Notes under the pieces: model-generated | Database searches by the model: none | Told to the model about the DNA's origin: nothing | Seen by the model: the letters and a program-made list of their open reading frames with translations, nothing else | Shown: positions 7,184-16,437 of the stretch, in pieces | How positions within the stretch are numbered: the stretch's first letter is position 1 | How the letters are laid out: the number at the start of each line of letters is the position of its first letter | Source: Terrimicrobiaceae bacterium | GTDB taxonomy: Bacteria > Verrucomicrobiota > Verrucomicrobiia > Chthoniobacterales > Terrimicrobiaceae | DNA length: 64,000 nucleotides | NCBI GenBank assembly: GCA_045403045.1 | Contig: JAXIPG010000028.1 | Coordinates: forward strand, 8,086-72,085 | Direction of reading: 5' to 3' | Translations under genes and position numbers: made by a program

Positions 7184-9883
7184 ATGACTGGGCGCCTTAC
7201 TGCTCAGGAACAAGCGCAGCCCGAACTCGCGCAGCTACCAACGGGCGAACTTGAAAAGCAGGCGGTTTTTATGGTGGGAGCCCAGAAGTATGTCGAAGCC
7301 ATCCCTCTCCTCGCCGAACTGGTGAACCGTCTGGGGGAATCCAAAGATACCCAAACCCAATCCAAAGTGGAGGGATTCCGCTACTTTTTGGGTTTGGGCC
7401 ATGTCTTCAATAGCAATTGGGAGGCCGCAGCGACCACCTTCGAGAATTTCCTGAAATCTCATCCCAAGAGCAATCGTTACCGAAAAGTCTTGGAACTCTA
7501 TGGAGACACTCTTTCGCAAACCAAGCGCTATGCGGAAGCCGCTGAGCAGTATAAGAAGCTTCTCGAACTGAAGATGACAGATCTCGAAAGTTTCCCGATC
7601 TGGGAGAAGCTCGCTTCGTGCTACATGCGCGACCAGAAATGGAGCGACGCGGTGCCGGTCCTTCTGATCATGCTGCAAAAAAGCCGAACCGAGGCCCAGC
7701 GGGAACAGGCGGTCGTGTGGCTCGCGCAATCCTACATCGAATCCGATCAGGGGAGCAAGGTGATCGAACTCCTTCCCGACATGTTGACCAAGGCGCCCAA
7801 GGCCAGACTTAGCATCGATTTCAACCTGGCCCTCCTCAACGGAGGCGACAAGATGTTCGCCGCTCAGCAGGATCTTCTTGCCCTGCTGTTCTATAATCTG
7901 GTGCTTCCTCCGGCGCGATTGCTCGAAGCCAATCAAAAATTGGAAGCCGATCTCATGCGTCAGCGAAGCCAGGTGATCAAAGCCGGCCAGATGGAATTCG
8001 TGGTGGATATCAATCGCCGGATTCAGGACCTTCAGAACGAGCGTGCCCTTCTGGAGCAGACGCCGGACTTTTCCGAGGAACTCCTTATGCGCATCGCCCA
8101 GGCATATTTTAGTTCAAACAGGTTCTATGAGGCATTTTGGACGTTCTGGAAGATCTACCAGGACTATCCGAACGGGAAGCTCGCGGAAGACTCCTGCTAC
8201 GGTGCGTTCGCTCTTGCCGCCCAGCTTGAGCAGGACGCGAAAGCGAAGGAGGCGGGGCTGAAGTATATGGGATCTTTTCCCGAAGGCAAACACTGGGAGG
8301 ACGTAAGCCTTCAGCTTGGTCAAGTCTTTGTCCGAAACAAGGAGTATGCGACGGCTATCGAGTATTATGCGGAGATCCTTAAGGCCAGGCCAGAGCACCC
8401 TTATAAGGACCAGATTCTTTACATGCTCGGCTTCTCCCAGTTTCAGGAGGCCCGCCTCGCGGATTCCCGCCAGACCTTTCAGACCCTCAGCAGAGACTTT
8501 CCAGGAAGCGACAAAGCGTCGCTTGCCCTCTACTGGGTCGGCATGACCTATCTTTTTGAAGACAACTACAAAGATGCCCTCGAGGCATTCAATCGATTCA
8601 CCGAAAAAAGTACGGACGGCAAACTCTATGAGGATGCCAGCTTCCGAAAGTCTGTTTGCCTCTTCGGACTTGAAAATTATCCCCTTGCCGCGGAGAAGCT
8701 TGAGGAATTCCTAAAAGAGTTCCCAGTAGACACTCTCACACCCGAGGCGCATACGCTGCTTGGGGACTGTTACGGCGCGACCGGGGATCTGGAAAAGTCT
8801 CTCGAGCACTACAAGCAGGTGGAGGATTGCGCCGTCAAGCAGAGCCAGATCGATTATGCGGCCCTTCAAGTCGGGCGCGTCCATGAGCAGTTGGAACAAT
8901 TCAAGGAAATGGAGGATTGGTTTGGCCGCTACCTGGAAAAATACGGCATTAGCGGAGATTACACGCAGGCGATCTACCGGAAGGGTTTCGCGCAGCAAGC
9001 GCAAGGGAGATCCAAAGAAGCATTGGATACCTACTGGCAAGCGATTGAGAAATACGGCAACGATCCCAAGGCGATGGGTATCGATATCATCATCGACGCT
9101 TACTGCGAAGAGTCTCGCGCGCTTAACGCCGCTCAGCCATTGGACGTGATTCGCTCGGCCGCGCTTACGGCAACGCAGCAAAAAGAGCGCACCCGTGCGC
9201 TGAGATTTGAGCGCGCCCTCGCTCAAATGAATGCCCCCGACGCTCCCTCCGCTCTAATTCTCGCCGATATCGATGCGGCCAGCCCGGCCGTCTTGCTCTG
9301 GATGGCGCAGGTTGCGGCGAAAACCGACCCGGCGCTCGCGGAGAGCGCCGCGCGCGCGGCCATCGACAAGTTTGGACCTACCCAGTGGACCGCTGAGGCT
9401 TTCTTGAGGCTTGGGGACTTCGCTTTCGAAAAGAGAGACTGGAAGCAGGCGGAATCCGCATTCAACAAAACGGTCAGAAACTCTCCGATGAACGCGACCG
9501 CCGCCCGCGCAACAATACGACTCGGCGACGTTCAATTTGCTCAGGCACACTACGACGAGGCGATCAAACGCTACGAACAAGTGCTGCAGGTCAAGGAATG
9601 GAAGGGGGAATTGTGGCCGGAAGCCCTCTACATGGTCGCCGAGAGCCTCAAGAGTCAGGGCAAGGAAAAAGAAGCGTATGCATACTACCAACGGATCTAC
9701 GTTCTTTATCCCCACTATAAGGAGTGGACGGCCAAAGCTTATCTGCGCTGCGCCGAGATCTCCGAGAAACTTGGCCTGAAAGACGACGCTGTGCGCACGC
9801 TTGGAGAAATGCTCGCCAATCAATCTCTTCGTTCCACGTCGGAATACGTGTCGGCCGAGAAAAGACTCAAGGAACTTCAGTAG
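7184..9883 (+). CDS. Large tetratricopeptide-repeat (TPR) protein, first gene of the Exb-vWA operon
   Basis: ORF 6650..9883; first ATG in frame is at 7184. Repeated TPR-like helices throughout (e.g. 'YAEAAEQYKKLLEL', 'YATAIEYYAEILKARPEHPY', 'YDEAIKRYEQVLQV'). The start is uncertain (see findings). Confidence 0.7.
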   Translation: MTGRLTAQEQAQPELAQLPTGELEKQAVFMVGAQKYVEAIPLLAELVNRLGESKDTQTQSKVEGFRYFLGLGHVFNSNWEAAATTFENFLKSHPKSNRYRKVLELYGDTLSQTKRYAEAAEQYKKLLELKMTDLESFPIWEKLASCYMRDQKWSDAVPVLLIMLQKSRTEAQREQAVVWLAQSYIESDQGSKVIELLPDMLTKAPKARLSIDFNLALLNGGDKMFAAQQDLLALLFYNLVLPPARLLEANQKLEADLMRQRSQVIKAGQMEFVVDINRRIQDLQNERALLEQTPDFSEELLMRIAQAYFSSNRFYEAFWTFWKIYQDYPNGKLAEDSCYGAFALAAQLEQDAKAKEAGLKYMGSFPEGKHWEDVSLQLGQVFVRNKEYATAIEYYAEILKARPEHPYKDQILYMLGFSQFQEARLADSRQTFQTLSRDFPGSDKASLALYWVGMTYLFEDNYKDALEAFNRFTEKSTDGKLYEDASFRKSVCLFGLENYPLAAEKLEEFLKEFPVDTLTPEAHTLLGDCYGATGDLEKSLEHYKQVEDCAVKQSQIDYAALQVGRVHEQLEQFKEMEDWFGRYLEKYGISGDYTQAIYRKGFAQQAQGRSKEALDTYWQAIEKYGNDPKAMGIDIIIDAYCEESRALNAAQPLDVIRSAALTATQQKERTRALRFERALAQMNAPDAPSALILADIDAASPAVLLWMAQVAAKTDPALAESAARAAIDKFGPTQWTAEAFLRLGDFAFEKRDWKQAESAFNKTVRNSPMNATAARATIRLGDVQFAQAHYDEAIKRYEQVLQVKEWKGELWPEALYMVAESLKSQGKEKEAYAYYQRIYVLYPHYKEWTAKAYLRCAEISEKLGLKDDAVRTLGEMLANQSLRSTSEYVSAEKRLKELQ

Positions 9884-9888
9884 CTGCC

Positions 9889-10977
9889 ATGAGAAGCTCT
9901 CTTGCCGCATTCCTCTTGCTTGGAAGCCTTAGTCTTTCCCACGGTCAGGCAAGTCCTGAGACGACGACGGAAGCCGCCGGATTTCCTGCGATCATCACCG
10001 ATAGCAAGACGGGAAGAACCAGCGCCGCAAATGTCACCAGGCTTGCAGGAGGACAGTTGTATCTGGTCGCAGGAAACGGCAGTGTCGCAATCCCTGCGAG
10101 CACCGTTTCCGCCGCGGAATTCGATCTTCCCGCGCCCGTCAAACAGGCCTCGGAAGCTTACCAGGCGGGCGATATCGACAAAGCCGCCTCACTCTATCCC
10201 GCGCTCACGCCGATGCGCAGCCTGGCCGGCCTGACAAAATGCAACGTCACGGAAGAATTCCTCAATTTCGCCGACACCTACCGCCAGATTCGCAAGTACG
10301 CAGAGGCCGAGGCATTGCTGGACTCTCTGAAGCTTGGAGAAAACAAGGAGGCGGAGCTGCGCGCAAAGCTCATCCGCGCCTTCATTTTCTGCGACAAAAA
10401 CCAAATCGACAAAGCGGATGAGTTGATGAAAGACTTTCCCCGCGTGAGCTCAGACGATCTTAATTTTCCCCTGGATCGTATCGTCCGCACAAGAATCTTT
10501 TTGGCCAAAGGGATATACCACGAAGCGGCCCTCGAAGCCGGGGAGGCCGTCGCCGTGACGCGTATCGAAGCCCCTGTCTATCCCGAGTCGCTCTATCTTG
10601 CGGCTGCTTGTTACGAGAAGATGGGGGAAGTCCTTGCGAATAAGAAAGCCGGCATGAATCGCGCCGAGAGCGAGAAGATCATGGATGACACGATTGACTA
10701 TGCAGCGGTTGGTCAGGCAGTGCGCCAGGAACTCTGCCTCCTCTTTTCGAAGAACTATTGGGCGAAAAAAGAGCCTGCCAACGTTGACCAACTCCTTGCT
10801 GCAGCCGCTTCAATCACCCTCAAGACCGGCAAAAAGCCCGCCGAAACAAAGAATGCGACCCAATCGCCCGAGGCTGCTAAGCAATCCGAAAAGAACGAGG
10901 AAAAGCCCGTTTGGGAAAACTTTCTTAACAAACCAGAAGCCAAACCAGAAAATGACGACATCGATAGCAATCTCTAA
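9889..10977 (+). CDS. Secreted TPR-like/helical repeat protein
   Basis: ATG 9889 lies 5 nt after the upstream stop. Signal peptide MRSSLAAFLLLGSLSLSHGQA. Helical repeats ('YRQIRKYAEAEALLDSL'). Lys/Glu/Pro-rich C-terminal tail. Confidence 0.55.
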   Translation: MRSSLAAFLLLGSLSLSHGQASPETTTEAAGFPAIITDSKTGRTSAANVTRLAGGQLYLVAGNGSVAIPASTVSAAEFDLPAPVKQASEAYQAGDIDKAASLYPALTPMRSLAGLTKCNVTEEFLNFADTYRQIRKYAEAEALLDSLKLGENKEAELRAKLIRAFIFCDKNQIDKADELMKDFPRVSSDDLNFPLDRIVRTRIFLAKGIYHEAALEAGEAVAVTRIEAPVYPESLYLAAACYEKMGEVLANKKAGMNRAESEKIMDDTIDYAAVGQAVRQELCLLFSKNYWAKKEPANVDQLLAAAASITLKTGKKPAETKNATQSPEAAKQSEKNEEKPVWENFLNKPEAKPENDDIDSNL

Positions 10978-11842
10978 ATCCTTTGGCGGCGCTTTGCGCC
11001 TCGCCGTTCTCGCGATCCTTCTCGGATTTCTTCCACTCGTCCTTGACGCGCGGGCACAGGAGGCTCCCGTTTCGACGGAACAATCCGCTTCTTCTCAGGC
11101 ACAGCAGCCTCCGGCCGGCTCGCACAGGAAAGACAAGACGTTCTTCGAGGTGCTCAAGGACGGCGGGATCGTCATGTTTCCACTTGCCGCAGTCTCGGTA
11201 TACATGCTCACGCTCATCATCGACAGCGTTCGCCGGATTCAAAACAAGGTGGTTTGTCCGGCGGATGTTGTGAATCTCCTCCGATCCCAGTTTAGCGCCG
11301 GCGACTACAACGCGGCGTTTCAAACGTGCCGTTCGAAGGCGTGCTTCTTGACGAATGTCGTAAGGGCGGGCCTGAGCATGCTTGGCCAGGGGAAAGAGAT
11401 CACAGAAAAGGCGATGGAGGATGTGATGGCCAAGGAAATCGCATCAATGAGCACGCGAATCTATTATCTGAACCTTATCGGCGTCGTGACCCCGATGATC
11501 GGTCTGACCGGAACCGTGCTGGGTATGATGAGCGCGTTCAAAACTTTGGGAACCAGCGGAATCGGCGATCCTTCCGCGCTGGCTGGCGCGATCGGCGAGG
11601 TTCTCGTTGCTACAGCCACCGGTCTGTTTGTGGCTATTCCGGGATTTGCCAGCTACTACTTCTTCCGAAACCGCATCCAAGCTGTTTCAAGCTATACCGA
11701 AGAGGTCATCAACAACCTATTTCGCGGCATGCCCTATGCCTATCTTGCCGGAATGAACATCGGTGATGACCCGGTGTATGCCGCGATTCCCAAGGAATAT
11801 CTTAACGCAGACCGGCCGACGGAGTACGCCGAGCAGCAATAG
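10952..11842 (+). CDS. exbB: MotA/TolQ/ExbB-family proton channel with signal peptide and N-terminal extension
   Basis: 'GLTGTVLGMMSAFKTLG' and 'GAIGEVLVATATGLFVAIPGFASYYFFRNR' are canonical ExbB/TolQ TM2-TM3 motifs. N-terminus MTTSIAISKSFGGALRLAVLAILLGFLPLVLDARAQE. Confidence 0.85.
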   Translation: MTTSIAISKSFGGALRLAVLAILLGFLPLVLDARAQEAPVSTEQSASSQAQQPPAGSHRKDKTFFEVLKDGGIVMFPLAAVSVYMLTLIIDSVRRIQNKVVCPADVVNLLRSQFSAGDYNAAFQTCRSKACFLTNVVRAGLSMLGQGKEITEKAMEDVMAKEIASMSTRIYYLNLIGVVTPMIGLTGTVLGMMSAFKTLGTSGIGDPSALAGAIGEVLVATATGLFVAIPGFASYYFFRNRIQAVSSYTEEVINNLFRGMPYAYLAGMNIGDDPVYAAIPKEYLNADRPTEYAEQQ

Positions 11843-11868
11843 CCGCCAGAAATCGACGAAGCCTGGCC

Positions 11869-12297
11869 ATGAAGATCAGACAGCAACACGCGGAGGAACT
11901 CGGATTTCAAATCGCGCCAATGTGCGATGTCCTCCTGGTTCTGCTTGTCTTTTTCATCTCGATCACGGCCACGAGTTCGCTGCGTTCCGATCGTGCCATC
12001 GAACTGCCCGTTGGACCGGATGCGACGAAAAAGGCAACCGCGCGCTCGGAGGCTCTCATCAACGTAAAATGGCTTCCCGAGAAGTCTGAAGGAGTCGTCG
12101 CCATCGAGAGCAAAGTGATGACGGAGCTGCCGGCGGTGACTGAGCTTCTGGCGCCGCGTTCAAAAACCGACCCGAACTATAGAGTGGTCATCCGCGCGGA
12201 TCGCAAAACCCCCGCACAGTACGTCGAGAAGGTCATGGGCGCATGCGCTGAGGCAGGAATCACCGATATCGCCTTCTCCGTCTTGAATCACGAATAA
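11869..12297 (+). CDS. exbD: ExbD/TolR-family biopolymer transport protein
   Basis: 142 aa. 'ELGFQIAPMCDVLLVLLVFFI' is the typical ExbD N-terminal TM with the conserved Asp. Confidence 0.85.
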   Translation: MKIRQQHAEELGFQIAPMCDVLLVLLVFFISITATSSLRSDRAIELPVGPDATKKATARSEALINVKWLPEKSEGVVAIESKVMTELPAVTELLAPRSKTDPNYRVVIRADRKTPAQYVEKVMGACAEAGITDIAFSVLNHE

Positions 12298-12303
12298 ATT
12301 CCC

Positions 12304-12744
12304 ATGCGCATTCATTCGGAACCCGCCGGAAACCTGGAATTTCAAATCGCTCCCATGGTTGACGTGATCTTCATCCTGATTTTGTTTTTCATGTGCTCTG
12401 CAGGCGCCACCAAGGTGGAGAACGAGCTGAGTCTGAAGCTTCCAGGGAGACTTTCGCAAGATCAACCATTGAGGATGCTGGACGAGCAGATCATCGAGAT
12501 CGAGGAAAGTGGACAGATTATCCTGAACAACCAGCAAATGGACGCTTCGGCCTTGGGCGCGACGCTTCAGCGCTACAAGGCCATCTCTGACGACAGCAAA
12601 TCCGCGACCGTGATCACCATCCTCACCGCCAAGAACACGAAATACCAGAGGATCATTGACGTCCTCAACGAATGCGCGGTGGCAAAGATTGAGTCGGTCA
12701 CGTTCATGACCCAGCCGGACGAAAAGAAATTGGCAGCCCGATGA
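12304..12744 (+). CDS. exbD: ExbD/TolR-family biopolymer transport protein (second copy)
   Basis: 146 aa. 'NLEFQIAPMVDVIFILILFFM' with the conserved Asp in the TM. Confidence 0.85.
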   Translation: MRIHSEPAGNLEFQIAPMVDVIFILILFFMCSAGATKVENELSLKLPGRLSQDQPLRMLDEQIIEIEESGQIILNNQQMDASALGATLQRYKAISDDSKSATVITILTAKNTKYQRIIDVLNECAVAKIESVTFMTQPDEKKLAAR

Positions 12745-14126
12745 GCGAGACCACCGCTAATGTTGAAGAGTTCGCCACCAAGCGCAAGCAGCCGATCTTG
12801 GGGACGTTTTCCCTAAGCATCGTTATTCATGCAGCGGTCATCGCTATCCTTGGAGGAGTCGTCGTTTTCAAAGTTCTCGAGAGACCTCCGGCACAGTTCA
12901 AACCGCCTCCTCCTCCTGCAAAAACCACCAAGATTGAGCCCCGCAAGATCCAGCATAGGATCAAGATCCGCGAGCAGCAGCAAAACAGCGGCCGCCCGCG
13001 TGTGTCGCCCCGACTCACCGCAAACCGCGTCTCCGGCATTTCCCTGCCGGAAATCGAGGTCGATCCGATGGCCGCGCCGGTAAAGTCCAATATTCAGAAG
13101 AATGTTGGCAAGAATTTTTCGATGGGAGGGCTAGGCACCGGGCTGGGCAGCGGAACCGGCTCGGGCGGACTCGGGCTCGGCACATCCACGGTAAGCTTTT
13201 TCGGCATCCAAGCTGCGGGTGAACGCATCGCCTTCCTCATCGATCTTTCGCGCAGCATGGTCGAGGATGACAAAGGTGGCTTGAACGGTATTATTGTGCT
13301 CAAGAACGAGCTCAAGAACATGGTTCAAAAGCTGAACGATGGCACGTTCTTCAATCTGATTTTCTTCGACGACAACGTTGACCTCTTCAAGCCGAAGCTT
13401 GTCGTCGCCAAGCCCCCCACTAAGAAGGAGGCCGACGAGTTCATCTCCCCATACTATGCGGATTTTGGCAAGGAAACGCTGCAAAACTACTCGCAGGACA
13501 AAAGGGATTGGCCCTCGGCAACACGGTTGCGCAACTACAATCATCCGATGTTGGAATCCACGGCGAAATACGTGAGCGGAGGTAGCAATAGCCAGATGGA
13601 TACTCCTCTTGCGGCGGCCTTCCAAATGCAAGCGGATACCATTTTCATTATCAGCGATGGATATCCGTCCTTTCAGCGGGCTCTTTTTGGCAAGGAGCTC
13701 GAGGAGTACGAAAGGAGAGTAGCGGAAGCAGAGGAAAAATGGGCGAAAGTCACTCCGAAGGAACGCGAGAGAATTGAGAAGGCGAACAAGGAGATCGCCG
13801 AGAAATACTGGAAGGCCATCGATGCCGAGAATGCAAAGAGAGCCCGCCACGGATTACCGCCGAAAGTTTTCGAGAATGGGGGTCCGGGCGGAATCGGTGG
13901 CTCTGGTGTGGGCCGGCCGAGCTTAACGCCGGGGCAAACCGTTGAATATATTCGTGCGATGGCAGTGGAACTATACGGAGACCCAAAGAAAATGCCGAAG
14001 ATCTACACGGTGGCCTATGGCGCAGAGGCCGGAGGCGAAGCGTTCCTTCAGGCGCTCGCACGGGAATTTCACGGCCGTTATCGGAAGATTCGCGGACTGG
14101 CGCCTCCCGTGAAAGTTAAGAACTGA
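12741..14126 (+). CDS. TonB-like N-terminus (TM plus Pro-rich) fused to a von Willebrand factor A (vWA/MIDAS) domain
   Basis: ATGA overlap with the exbD stop. TM 'ILGTFSLSIVIHAAVIAILGGVVVF', then 'PPAQFKPPPPPAKT', then a Gly-rich linker. vWA strands: 'IAFLIDLSRSM' (DxSxS MIDAS), 'FNLIFFDD', 'TIFIISDG'. No TonB C-terminal motif seen. Confidence 0.7.
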   Translation: MSETTANVEEFATKRKQPILGTFSLSIVIHAAVIAILGGVVVFKVLERPPAQFKPPPPPAKTTKIEPRKIQHRIKIREQQQNSGRPRVSPRLTANRVSGISLPEIEVDPMAAPVKSNIQKNVGKNFSMGGLGTGLGSGTGSGGLGLGTSTVSFFGIQAAGERIAFLIDLSRSMVEDDKGGLNGIIVLKNELKNMVQKLNDGTFFNLIFFDDNVDLFKPKLVVAKPPTKKEADEFISPYYADFGKETLQNYSQDKRDWPSATRLRNYNHPMLESTAKYVSGGSNSQMDTPLAAAFQMQADTIFIISDGYPSFQRALFGKELEEYERRVAEAEEKWAKVTPKERERIEKANKEIAEKYWKAIDAENAKRARHGLPPKVFENGGPGGIGGSGVGRPSLTPGQTVEYIRAMAVELYGDPKKMPKIYTVAYGAEAGGEAFLQALAREFHGRYRKIRGLAPPVKVKN

Positions 14127-14177
14127 GCGGCGGTGCTAGGGAAATCGCGCCAACCGCACTCTACTGTCTGATGAAGG

Positions 14178-14837
14178 CTATGGTGCGGGCGGGAGCGGCT
14201 TATCGGTTTCTGCGGTTTTCCCGCTGGCGACTTCATTAAACTTGGATCCCACCGCCTCTACAAGCTTGGGTGTTACGTCCTCCTTTTTTAAGGGACTCAC
14301 AGCAACAATCCTCCAAACTCTTGGAATCTCAGTCTTCTCATCCGGAAGGGCCTTAAACCAAGCTTCCCTGGTAACCGCTGTGACAATCAGACCCGCCTTC
14401 AGCTGCTCTGGCGCAGGTGCCGCAGACCCGAATTCGAATCCCAGATTCCGTAAGGCGTTCTGCGATTCCATCGTGTTGGCCCTGCCCAAACCGTAAGAGA
14501 GGTCGAACGAACGCCATGCTCTTGGAAGAGGCGTCGTGCCGGCGCTAGGCGGCTTGGAACGTTCAATCGTGGGGATTACTACGAGTTCCGCTTCGTTCTC
14601 TTTCTCCTGAACTTTGAACCCGTTGGCAGTGAGTTGGTTGCGTATCAACCCAGCAAGCTTGTCGGCTTCGTCCTGGTCATCCATGTATAGATCCGCAACA
14701 ACCGCGACCGAACGTTTCTTCGCCTTCTCCGCGTCGAACACCTCCGCCGCGACTTTCACCTTGGGAGCGCTCGCGCAGCCCACTAGGAGAAAGCCCAAGC
14801 TCCAAACCAATAACAACAGACGCCAAGTCTCCGGCAT
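14178..14837 (-). CDS. Lipoprotein, unknown function
   Basis: ATG 14837 gives MPETWRLLLLVWSLGFLLVGCASAPK, which contains a lipobox (L-V-G-C). Confidence 0.6.
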   Translation of the reverse strand: MPETWRLLLLVWSLGFLLVGCASAPKVKVAAEVFDAEKAKKRSVAVVADLYMDDQDEADKLAGLIRNQLTANGFKVQEKENEAELVVIPTIERSKPPSAGTTPLPRAWRSFDLSYGLGRANTMESQNALRNLGFEFGSAAPAPEQLKAGLIVTAVTREAWFKALPDEKTEIPRVWRIVAVSPLKKEDVTPKLVEAVGSKFNEVASGKTAETDKPLPPAP

Positions 14838-14915
14838 GCGGTCATCAATATGCGTGGGATCGCAAAGTGCACGCACTGATCATCATTGAGCAAACAAAAA
14901 GACCCTCAGAAATGG

Positions 14916-14938
14916 AAAAAGCCCTTAAGGGCCTCTTC
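14916..14938 (-). terminator. Weak Rho-independent terminator candidate after the WbaP-like gene
   Basis: Minus strand: AGGCCC-TTAA-GGGCTT followed by TTTCC. Short stem, located 75 nt after the stop at 15013. Confidence 0.3.
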
Positions 14939-15012
14939 CATTCGCTCAAGTCTTTTCCTTTTATCTGTTCTCGCATCTCCACGCACAGCATTCTGCAGCC
15001 GCAAGTGCCCTT

Positions 15013-16437
15013 TCAATATGCCGTTTTCGGAGGCTTAACGACCTGAAGCATCGTTTGGAAGATTATCCAGAAATCGAGAGGCAGCGACCAGTTCTCGATA
15101 TATTTGATGTCCAGCTTCGCGCGTTCTATCACATCCTTTTCATCTTTCGCTTCGCCCCGGAATCCACTCATTTGCGCCAGACCGGTAATCCCCGGTTTGG
15201 CGAAGGTCCGAACGTGATACTTTTCCATGATATCGCTGAATCTCCTGTTGTGGATGATCATGTGCGGACGCGGGCCAACCAGGCTCATGTGACCCAGGAA
15301 CACATTCAGAAATTGTGGCATTTCATCGAGGCTGGTTTTGCGCAAAAGCCGCCCCATCGGATAGATTCGAGGGTCACCGGCTGTTGCCTGCTTTGAAGCA
15401 GCATCGCCTTTATCAACTCGCATGGTCCGAAACTTGAAGATGCGAAACGGGCGCATGGCCAAGCCGGCGCGGGTCTGCCTATAGAACAGCGGGCCGGGAG
15501 ACTGAATGGCCTGAAAGATCTTCACCAAAATGGACAGCGGCGGCAGAACAAAGATCACAACAGGCAGGCTCGCAACAAGATCTATCGTTCGTTTCAGGAT
15601 GCGGCTCAGCGGGTCTTCCAGGGGTTCAGGCCTCAAACTTATGAAGTTTCTATTATGCAGATTAAAGAACGTGATATCATGCTTGAAGATCTCCGGGAGG
15701 TTATTGAGGACAAGGAGGCGAACGCCTGCCTTGTTTGCGGCACCGACGACGAGGTCGAGCCCTTCCTGATCGAGGGGAATCTCCAGGAGAAGGATCTGTT
15801 TGATGCCTTCATAACTGATGATTCGCTCAAGCATCGCAACGTCCGACACACGTGCTAAATGCAAGACCCGTGATTCCTCGCTATCGTCGTCGGCCACGGA
15901 ACCGCGCATGCCGAAATTAAAAGCAGCAGTTTCTTCGATCCATCTGGCGATGTCTCGCGCTTTTTCAACCGGACCGATCAGCAACGTTCTTTGCTCGTGT
16001 GCCTCCGAGAAGAGATGGTCGGCCAGCTTGCGCAGCAGAAAAAGATGGCAGATCAGAAAGACAACATAGAGGGCAAGCAAGAAACCGAATAGCAGCGTCA
16101 GCTTCAGGGGACGGGACCCCGGTGGATCCACGGCAGCCAACATCACAACAAGCATCGTCACGCCAACATACACGGTTTGCTTGAAGGCCAGAGTGTGACT
16201 GTCCACAAAACCTCCCGCAAGCATCGTCGGCGCAGTCCCTCGCACGCGAATTGCGGCGACCGCCAGGCCGGCGACTGCAGCGAGATTGTACAAGATGAAT
16301 CGCTGAAATTCTTCGGTGCCAACGGACTTGAAGACTGCCGCGATGATCGTCAGGTAACTCCAGAAGACGAGCGTAAGAATAACCGCGAGAATACCGTGGT
16401 AAGCATTCCACAACCCTCTGATGCGATGCCAAAGCAT
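15013..16437 (-). CDS. Polyprenyl-phosphate hexose-1-phosphate transferase (WbaP/Bac_transf family), initiating enzyme
   Basis: Multiple N-terminal TMs. The C-terminal domain carries 'LDEMPQFLNVFLGHMSLVGPRP' and 'KPGITGLAQMSGFRG', which are bacterial sugar transferase signatures. Confidence 0.85.
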   Translation of the reverse strand: MLWHRIRGLWNAYHGILAVILTLVFWSYLTIIAAVFKSVGTEEFQRFILYNLAAVAGLAVAAIRVRGTAPTMLAGGFVDSHTLAFKQTVYVGVTMLVVMLAAVDPPGSRPLKLTLLFGFLLALYVVFLICHLFLLRKLADHLFSEAHEQRTLLIGPVEKARDIARWIEETAAFNFGMRGSVADDDSEESRVLHLARVSDVAMLERIISYEGIKQILLLEIPLDQEGLDLVVGAANKAGVRLLVLNNLPEIFKHDITFFNLHNRNFISLRPEPLEDPLSRILKRTIDLVASLPVVIFVLPPLSILVKIFQAIQSPGPLFYRQTRAGLAMRPFRIFKFRTMRVDKGDAASKQATAGDPRIYPMGRLLRKTSLDEMPQFLNVFLGHMSLVGPRPHMIIHNRRFSDIMEKYHVRTFAKPGITGLAQMSGFRGEAKDEKDVIERAKLDIKYIENWSLPLDFWIIFQTMLQVVKPPKTAY

